The position numbers were made by a program, and so were the translations under genes. Below the pieces are notes generated by a model that did no database searches, was not told where the DNA came from, and saw only the letters and a program-made list of their open reading frames with translations. This document shows, piece after piece, positions 17,325-24,732 of a DNA stretch of 32,000 bases. Position 1 is the stretch's first letter, and each line of letters starts with the position of its first letter. The stretch lies in NCBI RefSeq assembly GCF_001017655.1, contig NZ_CP010904.1:1110001-1142000 (forward strand), written 5' to 3'. The DNA is from Kiritimatiella glycovorans (GTDB lineage: Bacteria; Verrucomicrobiota; Kiritimatiellia; Kiritimatiellales; Kiritimatiellaceae).

Positions 17325-17410
17325 TGGTGGTGGGGGAAGGATTCGAACCTTCGAAGGCATGAGCCAACAGATTTACAGTCTGCCCCGTTTGACCGCTTCG
17401 GTACCCCACC
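17325..17410 (-). tRNA. tRNA-Tyr(GTA): tRNA-Tyr (anticodon GTA), CCA encoded
   Basis: Minus-strand sequence GGTGGGGTACCGAAGCGGTCAAACGGGGCAGACTGTAAATCTGTTGGCTCATGCCTTCGAAGGTTCGAATCCTTCCCCCACCACCA. It has a 7-bp acceptor stem GGTGGGG/CCCCACC, an anticodon loop CTGTAAA, a long variable arm and a T-loop GGTTCGAATCC. Confidence 0.95.
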
Positions 17411-17423
17411 GCGAAAGGGCGAC

Positions 17424-17451
17424 AGTGTAAGGAATATCGCCCGGATGTCCA
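17424..17451 (-). promoter_or_regulatory. Candidate promoter for tRNA-Tyr
   Basis: The minus strand reads TGGACA, a 16-nt spacer, then TACACT, ending about 13 nt upstream of the tRNA 5' end. This is a consensus-based guess only. Confidence 0.3.
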
Positions 17452-17468
17452 GAGCGAATTGGGGATGA

Positions 17469-17534
17469 GGATCAGAATCAGAATCAGAATCAGAGTCAGA
17501 GTGAGAATCAGAGTCAGAGGGAGAGGGAGTGAGA
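17469..17534. repeat. Hexanucleotide microsatellite (GANTCA-type), 11 units
   Basis: ggatca gaatca gaatca gaatca gagtca gagtga gaatca gagtca gaggga gaggga gtgaga. The plus strand is purine-rich and six of the units contain GANTC. Confidence 0.9.
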
Positions 17535-17770
17535 AACCGTGAGACCTGAAACCTGAAGGATGAGTACGGCTTTTTCCGCTGCGCGGACCTGCGGGCCTGC
17601 TACGAGCGTAAGAGAGAACGCACCATTTTTTTGCCTGTGCTCTTCTCATCCATCTTTGCGCTTCCAGTAGTTCCACAAAAATCTACGAAGAGCCCGGAAT
17701 TGCGAGTTTGCTGGCGTCGACCCCCGATATCTTTGCCTCTTACTCAAGTCTCAGGTTTCAGGTTTCTCAC
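17529..17770. mobile_element. MITE-like 242-bp segment bounded by 20-nt inverted repeats (speculative)
   Basis: The left end is gtgagaaacc[gtgagacc]tgaaacctga (17529-17556). The right end is tcaggtttcaggtttctcac (17751-17770), which is the exact reverse complement of the left end once the 8-nt internal duplication is removed. The interior has no ORF and carries the 36-nt motif also found at 24496. Confidence 0.35.
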
Positions 17771-17781
17771 TCAAGATAGTT

Positions 17782-19068
17782 TCAGGTTTCACCCTCAGAA
17801 CACTCCTTCACCGTCAGTCCCAGCGTTTTGATCTGGCGCGGGGAGGAGGCGAGTACGCTGATGATGACCTCGTCGGTTTCGACGCGTTCCCGGACGGTGG
17901 GGATGTGGCCCAGTCGCTGCAGCACGAGCCCGCCGATCGAATCGTAGTCCTCGTCGAGCGGCAGATTGAGCCCGAGCCGCTCGTTGACGTCGCTGACCGG
18001 GATGCGGGCGTCGACCAGGTATCCGCCGTCGGTTCGCTTCTGGATCCCCGCATCGGCCAGATCGTATTCGTCCTGAATCTCGCCGATCAGTTCTTCGATG
18101 ATATCCTCCATGCAGACGAGGCCGGCCGTCCCGCCGTATTCGTCGACCACCAGCACCATCTGCGAGCGCTGAGCCTGCATGCTCTTGAGCAGCTCGCGGA
18201 TCGGCATGGTTTCAGGTACGAAACGCAGCGGTTTGAGCAGAGGGGTGATCGAGCGGCTGCCGCCGTCCTCGGACAGCGAGCGCAGCAGGTCCTTCACATG
18301 AATCATGCCGCGCACATCGTCGATCTTTTCATGGTAGACCGGGAAACGCGAATGACGCGATTCGCGCACGACGTCGAGGCATTCCTGCACGGTGAGCGCG
18401 TCGCGGATGCCCTCCACGTCCACCCGCGGCGTCATGATCTCGCGCGCGACGGTCTCCCCGAACGAGAAGACGCTCTGGATGATGGCCCGCTCCTCCTCCT
18501 CGATATCGCGCGCACCGGCCTGGTCCATCACGCCCAGAATCTCGTCCTCGGCCGAGGGCCGGTCGGCCTCGGCCGAGGAGGACAGCGCGCGGTGCAGCAT
18601 ACTGCGCTCGATACGGTTGAGCATCCGGGCCAGGGGATAGAGGACGCGCGTCAGCCCCCCGGCGAAGGGCAGGAACCGGATCGATATGCGGTCCGCGTAA
18701 CTCTCCGACAGCACGTAGGGCAGGATGCGCACCAGGGCGACGTAGAGCAGGACCGCCCCCGCCACGAGCACGACCCGTCCCGGGAGCAGGAGCAGATCGA
18801 AAAGCTTCACCACGCAGACGACCGCCAGCACATCCGTGACCAGCACGGCCAGGCGCAGGGAAATCAGCAGCAGTTCCCAGCGGTGGTCCCATTGTTCCAG
18901 CCGCCGCCGCGCGGAGGGATAATGTTCGATAAGCCGCGCCGTGCCCGCCTCGCCGGAGGAGTGAAAACAGGCATACAGCGTGGAGAACACACCGGCCAGC
19001 ACCAGCGCGATACACCCCGTCCCCGCCCAGGTGAATATCAGCGATTCAGGATTCATGTTCGTGATCAT
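17782..19068 (-). CDS. corC: CNNM/DUF21-CBS-CorC_HlyC family transporter (hemolysin-family protein)
   Basis: N-terminal transmembrane segments, a CBS pair (ETVAREIMTPRVDVEGI..., VRGMIHVKDLL) and a C-terminal CorC_HlyC domain (DGGYLVDARIPVSDVNERLGL). An alternative ATG lies at 19056. Confidence 0.88.
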   Translation of the reverse strand: MITNMNPESLIFTWAGTGCIALVLAGVFSTLYACFHSSGEAGTARLIEHYPSARRRLEQWDHRWELLLISLRLAVLVTDVLAVVCVVKLFDLLLLPGRVVLVAGAVLLYVALVRILPYVLSESYADRISIRFLPFAGGLTRVLYPLARMLNRIERSMLHRALSSSAEADRPSAEDEILGVMDQAGARDIEEEERAIIQSVFSFGETVAREIMTPRVDVEGIRDALTVQECLDVVRESRHSRFPVYHEKIDDVRGMIHVKDLLRSLSEDGGSRSITPLLKPLRFVPETMPIRELLKSMQAQRSQMVLVVDEYGGTAGLVCMEDIIEELIGEIQDEYDLADAGIQKRTDGGYLVDARIPVSDVNERLGLNLPLDEDYDSIGGLVLQRLGHIPTVRERVETDEVIISVLASSPRQIKTLGLTVKECSEGET

Positions 19069-19534
19069 CCTCCACCAGTCCCCTCACCATCCCCGCCCGG
19101 CGCACTTCACCCAGCCAGCGGCGCTCGACGCGGCGCATGGCACGGCGCTGATCCGGCGTACGGTCTTCGGCCCCCGAGAGGTGATGAAGACCGTGCGCGA
19201 TATAGAGCGCCAGCTCTTCGTCGGCGCCTCCCCGGCGGCGGGCCCCCTCCCGCACCGCGCACTCCACATTGACCAGCAGATCGCCGCAGGGGCGCGGCGT
19301 CTCCCCCGGCACCGGATCGATCCGGAAGCTGATGACATCCGTCGTCTCATCCAACCCGAAATGCCGCCGTTTACGATCGCGCAGGACCGCATCGTCCGCC
19401 AGCCGGAGGGTGATCTCCCCCCAGGTTTCGCCGGAGCGCCGGGCCATCTGTTCAGCGAGACGGGCGGTCAGCGCCCTGATCCTGCGGCTTCGGACCTTGT
19501 ACCTGCGCTGCTGATTCTGAATTTCCACTTTCAT
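19046..19534 (-). CDS. ybeY: Endoribonuclease YbeY (rRNA maturation factor)
   Basis: TDVISF plus AHGLHHLSGAEDRTPDQRRAM matches the YbeY metal-binding region. The start is taken at MKVEIQNQ (19534); 19558 and 19447 are alternatives. Its 3' end overlaps the corC start. Confidence 0.88.
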   Translation of the reverse strand: MKVEIQNQQRRYKVRSRRIRALTARLAEQMARRSGETWGEITLRLADDAVLRDRKRRHFGLDETTDVISFRIDPVPGETPRPCGDLLVNVECAVREGARRRGGADEELALYIAHGLHHLSGAEDRTPDQRRAMRRVERRWLGEVRRAGMVRGLVEDDHEHES

Positions 19535-21800
19535 TGCGGGGGTAGGCGACTCGTCCATGGAGCATGTTGGTGAGCGTGAACGTAAAGGACGACTTGATCT
19601 CGCTGAGCTGGGCGAGCGTCAGTTCGCAGTTTTCGAGCTGACGGTCTTTCATCTTCGAGCTGACGATCTCGTCGACCATGTTTTCGATGCGGCTGGGCGT
19701 GACTTTTTCCAGACTTCTCGACGCCGCCTCCACGGAGTCGGCGAGATGGAGGATCGCCATTTCGGGGGAGACGGGCCGGGGGCCGGGGTAGCGGTAATCC
19801 TTGTCGTCGATGCGCGAATGGCCGCCTTTCTCCTCCTCCTTGGCCTGGTGGTAGAAGTAGGAAATGAGCCCCGTGCCGTGATGCTCCCGGATGCCCTCGA
19901 TGATCGGACGCGGGAGCCGGTACTTGCGCGCGAGGTCCACGCCCTCCTTCACGTGAGACATGATCACCAGGGTACTCATGCTCGGCGCGATTTCGTCGTG
20001 CGGGTTATCCTCCTGCTGGATGTTCTCCGAGAAGTAGTTCGGTTTCACGAGCTTGCCGATGTCGTGGTAATAGGCGCAGACCCGCGCGAGCAGCGGGTTG
20101 GCGCCGATCCTCTCCGCGGCGGCCGAGGCCAGGTTCGCCATCATCAGCGAGTGGTGGTACGTTCCCGGCGCTTCGAGCGCGAGCCGCTGGAGCAGGGGAT
20201 GGCCCATGTCCGAGAGCTCCAGCAGCCGGATGTCGGTGGTGATGTCGAACATGGATTCGAACATCGGGATCAGGATCACGGCCGCCGCCGCGGAGAAGAG
20301 GCCGCTGGCGAACCCGGCCGCGGCCTGCAGGGCGATGATTTCGGGCGGCGGACGGTTGAGCACGGCCATGATCAGTACGAAGATCACGTGGATCGATCCG
20401 ATGAACACCCCGGCCCGCAGGAGACTCGAGCGGCGCTTCACATCGCGGGCCACAAACGACGCCCCGGCCGCGACGAACAGGCCGAGCAGAAACATGCTGT
20501 ATTGCTCGCCGAAGAGCGTGGCCACGGCCAGACTGGTCCATAATCCGACCACGAATCCGGCACCGCCGCCGAGGAGGATCGTACCCAGCAGCGGGGCGAG
20601 TCCGTAGGGGAGCATGGTGTCGAGCAGCGCGGGCGGTATGACCCCGGGCGTCGAGGCGGCGAACAGCAGCAGCTTGAAGAGCAGAAGCGAAATGAGCGCG
20701 AGCAGCGCGAGCAGGGTCACCTCCCGGTACTCGAACCGGCGCCGGTGTTTCAGCAGCCGGTAGAGCCCCGTGCACGCGGCGAGCGCGAGCAGCAGGATGA
20801 GGCCGTGTCCGAGCGCGCCCAGCAGGCGCGCAAACGGGTCCTCCAGCTCGCGCAGCCTTTCCTGGTAGGCGCGCAGCTTGATCAGGTCCTGCTCGTTCAG
20901 CCGGCTTCCCGACTTGACCAGGGTCGTTCCGGCGACCACTTCGCGCGACACGGGTTTGACCCGCTGGCGCGCTTCTTCACGCAGGGTGCCGGTGCGGGCC
21001 TGGTTGTATTCCAGATTGGGCACCAGCCACTTGGCAAGCAGCCGGCGGTATACGGCGTCCCCCAGATCCGGGATATCGCGCTGCCGGCTGAGTTGGCGGG
21101 CGATCTCATGGACGGCTTCGGCGGGCGTGGCGAGCTGATCGATGGCGGCGGAGGCCTGCACGCGGTCGTCCTCGCGGTAGAGATGGATCACCGCCTCCGG
21201 TGCGAGCCCGCGGAAGCGGGTCTCGCGGTCTTCCGGGGAGATCAGGCCGGAGGCGTAGGCCGCGCGCATCGATTCCGTCAGCCTTTCATGCGTGGCTTCG
21301 ATCCGGTTCTCCTTGAACAGCGGCGCGAAATCCTCCGCGCGGAGGTCCAGTCCGAGCACGTCAAGCGTGTCGGTCAGCGAACGGCGAAGTTCATCCGACT
21401 CTTCATCGGGGGCGGCGCGCAGTCGTTCGACGCGGTTGAATATCTTTTTCAGCGATTGGCTCGCATCCTCAAACGGCGCCATGCTGATCTGAAACACGGG
21501 GGGGACGGCCTCGCCGGCCTGCGTACGCCGCAGCCGGGTCTCGGCCAGGTCCCTGTGCTGGAAGTCCACCGTGGCCACCACGGTTTCCGGGGCTCGCTGG
21601 CCGGGGGCGAGCGCGGCGTATTTCATCGGCTTCTGATGAAACACGAAAAAGAGGAGGATCGTGACGGCCCACAGCAGCAGGAGCTGGAGCGTGTTCAGCA
21701 CCGTGAAGCGCGAGACCCCCTGACGGGTCCGGGGTGCGTGTTTACGCGCGGCGATCCGCTCCTGCGGCTTCTTCTTCTGCGGGGGGCGGTTTCGGGTCAT
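19452..21800 (-). CDS. 7TM-receptor-HD phosphohydrolase (PgpH/YqfF-like HDIG protein)
   Basis: An N-terminal extracellular domain, about 7 transmembrane helices, and an HD domain (CAYYHDIGKLVKP, MSHVKEGVDLARK, REHHGTGLISYFY). The ATGA at 21797-21800 overlaps the phoH stop codon. Confidence 0.85.
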   Translation of the reverse strand: MTRNRPPQKKKPQERIAARKHAPRTRQGVSRFTVLNTLQLLLLWAVTILLFFVFHQKPMKYAALAPGQRAPETVVATVDFQHRDLAETRLRRTQAGEAVPPVFQISMAPFEDASQSLKKIFNRVERLRAAPDEESDELRRSLTDTLDVLGLDLRAEDFAPLFKENRIEATHERLTESMRAAYASGLISPEDRETRFRGLAPEAVIHLYREDDRVQASAAIDQLATPAEAVHEIARQLSRQRDIPDLGDAVYRRLLAKWLVPNLEYNQARTGTLREEARQRVKPVSREVVAGTTLVKSGSRLNEQDLIKLRAYQERLRELEDPFARLLGALGHGLILLLALAACTGLYRLLKHRRRFEYREVTLLALLALISLLLFKLLLFAASTPGVIPPALLDTMLPYGLAPLLGTILLGGGAGFVVGLWTSLAVATLFGEQYSMFLLGLFVAAGASFVARDVKRRSSLLRAGVFIGSIHVIFVLIMAVLNRPPPEIIALQAAAGFASGLFSAAAAVILIPMFESMFDITTDIRLLELSDMGHPLLQRLALEAPGTYHHSLMMANLASAAAERIGANPLLARVCAYYHDIGKLVKPNYFSENIQQEDNPHDEIAPSMSTLVIMSHVKEGVDLARKYRLPRPIIEGIREHHGTGLISYFYHQAKEEEKGGHSRIDDKDYRYPGPRPVSPEMAILHLADSVEAASRSLEKVTPSRIENMVDEIVSSKMKDRQLENCELTLAQLSEIKSSFTFTLTNMLHGRVAYPRNESGNSESAAQVQGPKPQDQGADRPSR

Positions 21801-22765
21801 GATTCCGTCTCCTGCTCCGCGTTCCGTTTGCGATAGGCGCGAATGATCTCCTGGACGATCGGGTGCCGGACCACGTCCTCTTCGGTGAGATCGCAGAAGC
21901 CGATCCGGTCCAGGTGGGCGAGCAGACGCCGCGCTTCGAGCAGTCCCGACGGCTTGTTCGGGGGCAGGTCGGTCTGGGTGGCGTCGCCCGTGACCACGCA
22001 GCGCGAGTCGAAGCCGAGCCGCGTCAGGAACATGAACATCTGTTCCATGGTCGTGTTCTGGGCCTCGTCCAGAATCGTGAAGGCGTGATTGAGCGTGCGC
22101 CCGCGCATATACGCGAGCGGGGCGACCTCGATCACGCCCTTGCTGCGATAGCGTTCGACTTCATCGGCGGAGAGCATGTCGTAAAGCGCGTCGTAGAGCG
22201 GACGCAGGTACGGATCGACCTTCTCCTGCAGATCGCCGGGCAGGAATCCCAGCGTCTCGCCGGCTTCGATCGCCGGGCGGGTGAGAATGATCCGGTTGAC
22301 GTTCCCCTGGAGCAGTTCGGAGACGGCGACGGCCATCGCCAGGTAGGTTTTCCCGGTCCCGGCGGGGCCGATGCTGAATGTCACGGCACTGCGGTAGATC
22401 TGTTCGAGGTAGACCTGCTGCCCGAGCGTGCGCGGGAAGATCGAAGGCATGCGGGGGCTCACATCCACCCGTATCTTCGAAAGCCGGGCGAACACGTCCT
22501 CGCGTCCCGAGCAGAAGGCGCTCAGGGCGTAGTCCAGTCCCTGGCGGCTGATGCTGACGCCTTCCTCGCGGACATGGCGGACGCCGTCAAAAAACCGGAT
22601 CGCGCGGCGAACCGCCTCGTCCTCCCCCTCGATCTTAAGCCACAGATCGCGGGCGGTAAGTTTGACTTCGAGAGCCTCCCCGATGCGTTCGCGCATGCCG
22701 TGCCGCTCTCCGGAGATATCGCGCACTTCGCGGGGGTTCTCGAAATGAAGGGTTTCCGTACTCAT
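21797..22765 (-). CDS. phoH: PhoH-family ATPase
   Basis: Walker A GPAGTGKTYLAMAVAV, plus RGRTL and ILDEAQNTT. ATG 22765 (MSTETLHFENP) gives a typical 322-aa PhoH. The track start at 22813 is a GTG. Confidence 0.92.
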   Translation of the reverse strand: MSTETLHFENPREVRDISGERHGMRERIGEALEVKLTARDLWLKIEGEDEAVRRAIRFFDGVRHVREEGVSISRQGLDYALSAFCSGREDVFARLSKIRVDVSPRMPSIFPRTLGQQVYLEQIYRSAVTFSIGPAGTGKTYLAMAVAVSELLQGNVNRIILTRPAIEAGETLGFLPGDLQEKVDPYLRPLYDALYDMLSADEVERYRSKGVIEVAPLAYMRGRTLNHAFTILDEAQNTTMEQMFMFLTRLGFDSRCVVTGDATQTDLPPNKPSGLLEARRLLAHLDRIGFCDLTEEDVVRHPIVQEIIRAYRKRNAEQETES

Positions 22766-22848
22766 AAGAATGCAGGGGAGGGCGCACGTCCGGCTTTTCA
22801 GCGCCGGAGGCACCCGGCCTTCCCGGGCGGGAAGGCCTCCCCGACCGC

Positions 22849-22868
22849 AAAAAACCGGCGGTCGCCGG
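22849..22868 (-). terminator. Candidate intrinsic terminator for the HMA/OMP operon
   Basis: The minus strand reads CCGGCGACCGCCGG followed by TTTTTT. The stem is short (5-6 bp), so confidence is modest. Confidence 0.4.
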
Positions 22869-22988
22869 TCCGCTGCGGTGGCTCCTGTACGTGGTGTTTC
22901 ATCAAAGAATGAAACCCGATTCGCTCCCGGCGGTCAAGCGCAAGCCGAGCAGCGGCAGCAGTTCTCATTAGGGCCGCATTCCGACCGC

Positions 22989-23068
22989 GGACGGCGTGGC
23001 AGCCGTCCCTCCCGAGTCGATATCCGACGCATTTTCGGGCACTGGGAGGGTCGGGTGCCACCCCGACC
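22989..23068. repeat. Solo inverted hairpin pair (REPIN-like) of the same family
   Basis: GGACGGC-GTGGCA-GCCGTCC (22989-23008) and GGTCGGG-TGCCAC-CCCGACC (23049-23068). The loops are reverse complements. The 40-nt spacer is itself bounded by CTCCCGAG / CTGGGAG. Confidence 0.85.
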
Positions 23069-23164
23069 GAAAAGGGTGAAGCCATAATGAGAATCGCTGG
23101 AGCAGCGGGGGAGGATAGGGATCGGGGTCAGAATCCACCTGGAAGAACTGGGGGAGACGGTCCA

Positions 23165-23938
23165 TCAGAACAACCAGCGCACCCCGGTCGCCAGGCGGTA
23201 CTTCGTCTCGTACGATCCGCCGCGTTCGACCGGGAGCCGCAGGCTGACTTCCCAAGCCCAGCGGGTGGCCTCGTAAAGTAGACCCAGGGCGGCATCGGAG
23301 CGCGTGTCGCCTCCATCGGTCCATGCGTTGAGCGATTCGGTCATGGTGTACCACGCCCCGCGCGTGGCGGCGGAGTATTCGGCGGGGACGAGGCGGTAGA
23401 GGTAGGACCCGTTCAGCAGGACGGCGTCGGGTTCGTCGCGGTATCCCAGCCACTCGGCGTGCGCGTTGAATCCGTGCCGGTCGAGGATGGTCGTGGAGAC
23501 GACCCCGAATCGCGGAAAGGTATCGCCGGTGCGACCGGTGTCGTGATCGCCGGGAAACGACGCCCCGCCGAGCAGCGACGCGCGCCACGTGTTCAGCGGG
23601 CCGAAGTCGCGCTGCAGGACGCGCTGTTTGAGCCGCAGGGTCGTGAATCGAAGCCCGGTCTCGTCCTCGCCCTCGCGGTCCGCGTGTGCCCAGTCGGCGT
23701 CGACGAGCAGGGCGAGGGTGCCGCGCAGGCCGTAGGCGAGCTTGAGCCGCGCGGCCAGGTCGTCGACCTCTTCCCCGTCCCGCTCATACGAACCGGCGGA
23801 GAAGATGGATCGCGCGTATAACTGGTCCGCGCCCGGATGCGTCGCCGCCTCCATGAACGTGGGTTCCTGCGCGCCGGCGGTTCCGGCCGCGGCCGTCACG
23901 AGAAGCATCGCCGCTGCGATGGCGTACCGGCGGATCAT
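23165..23938 (-). CDS. Probable outer-membrane beta-barrel protein
   Basis: Signal peptide MIRRYAIAAAMLLVTAAAGTAGAQ, an alternating beta-strand-like pattern, and a C-terminal aromatic end ...TGVRWLF. The ATGA at 23935-23938 overlaps the upstream gene. Confidence 0.55.
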   Translation of the reverse strand: MIRRYAIAAAMLLVTAAAGTAGAQEPTFMEAATHPGADQLYARSIFSAGSYERDGEEVDDLAARLKLAYGLRGTLALLVDADWAHADREGEDETGLRFTTLRLKQRVLQRDFGPLNTWRASLLGGASFPGDHDTGRTGDTFPRFGVVSTTILDRHGFNAHAEWLGYRDEPDAVLLNGSYLYRLVPAEYSAATRGAWYTMTESLNAWTDGGDTRSDAALGLLYEATRWAWEVSLRLPVERGGSYETKYRLATGVRWLF

Positions 23939-24276
23939 TGGGCCGCTCCTTCGATCCGGATTCCCTTCGGCGTGAAGCCTGCGTCCTTTACCGCGCGGTT
24001 CAGATCGTCGCGCGTCACGGAGTGATTCTCCGCGAGCTGTACCGTAACCGAGCCGGTCTTCAGGTCGACCGAGGCCTCCTCGACGCCATCGATCTTCTTC
24101 AGCCGTCCGTCCAGGTTATGCGCGCACAGCGGACAGCTCAGCCCGTGCGCCGTGACGACCACCGTCTGATGCCCCGCCAGGCTCGCTTCCGGGGTCGCGC
24201 CCGTCTCCGTTCCCGTCGGCGTCACACATCCCGCCAGTCCGATCCCGGCGGCCAGAAGGAATACCAGTATTTTCAT
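23935..24276 (-). CDS. Heavy-metal-associated (HMA) domain lipoprotein
   Basis: Strong RBS GAGGAGG. Lipobox MKILVFLLAAGIGLAGC. HMA-like metal site HGLSCPLCAHNL followed by VEEASVDLKTGSVTVQL. Confidence 0.75.
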   Translation of the reverse strand: MKILVFLLAAGIGLAGCVTPTGTETGATPEASLAGHQTVVVTAHGLSCPLCAHNLDGRLKKIDGVEEASVDLKTGSVTVQLAENHSVTRDDLNRAVKDAGFTPKGIRIEGAAQ

Positions 24277-24421
24277 CTCACGCCTCCTCGACGTTTAATT
24301 ATGCGTTCTCTGGTCACCTTTATAGTCGAAATCCGGATCGAAATCGAAAGGGAAATCGTTACCCGCCATGAAGGACATGAAGAGCATGAAGGTTGGTTCG
24401 GGGGGGGAGAAGGACGACAAA

Positions 24422-24631
24422 CGTTCGTAGTAGCGCCGCAAGCGCCCGAAGGGCCAAGGCGCGTGAAGATAACGGCCCTGGCCCTGCTTCGCAGGCCTGC
24501 GGGCCTACTACGAGCGTAAGAGAGAACGCACGATCTCTTCTCATTCCTCTTTGCGATCCCGGCGCCTTTGCGAGAGTCATGTCGATCGTTCGTAGTAGCG
24601 CCGCGAGCGCCCGAAGGGCCAAGGCGCGTGA
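24422..24631. repeat. 45-nt direct repeats flanking a conserved intergenic motif
   Basis: cgttcgtagtagcgccgc(a/g)agcgcccgaagggccaaggcgcgtga occurs at 24422-24466 and 24587-24631 (44/45 identical). Between them lies the 36-nt motif at 24496-24531, whose ctactacg core is complementary to the cgtagtag of the repeats. Confidence 0.9.
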
Positions 24632-24732
24632 TATCGTTCGTAAACAGGCGGGACAGATCATGCCCTCAATGGCGGGACAATCCCGCTTGCCCCTGCGGCC
24701 GCACACGCCGCACGCGTTGTTTCTCGCCATGA

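Noticed and set aside
17206-17676. The 156-aa minus-strand ORF containing a LILILILI tract.
   Set aside because: It runs through tRNA-Tyr and the hexamer microsatellite, and the peptide repeat is simply the translated microsatellite.
6014-22912. Long antisense or alternative-frame ORFs: 6014-7135, 8162-9619, 9707-10432, 10619-11266, 11083-12318, 12390-13298, 14924-15712, 17905-19272, 19557-20543, 20005-20775, 20745-21836 and 21863-22912.
   Set aside because: Each lies opposite to, or out of frame with, a gene that has clear family motifs. Their translations are Arg/Gly/Pro/His-rich low-complexity sequence, typical of shadow ORFs in high-GC DNA.
22896-22915. An AT-rich palindrome, GTTTCAT-N6-ATGAAAC, upstream of phoH as a possible operator. 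A perfect 9-bp hairpin GGCCTTCCC-N4-GGGAAGGCC lies nearby at 22816-22837.
   Set aside because: They are real in the sequence, but I have no basis to assign a binding factor or a terminator role, and neither strand has a T-run after the hairpin.
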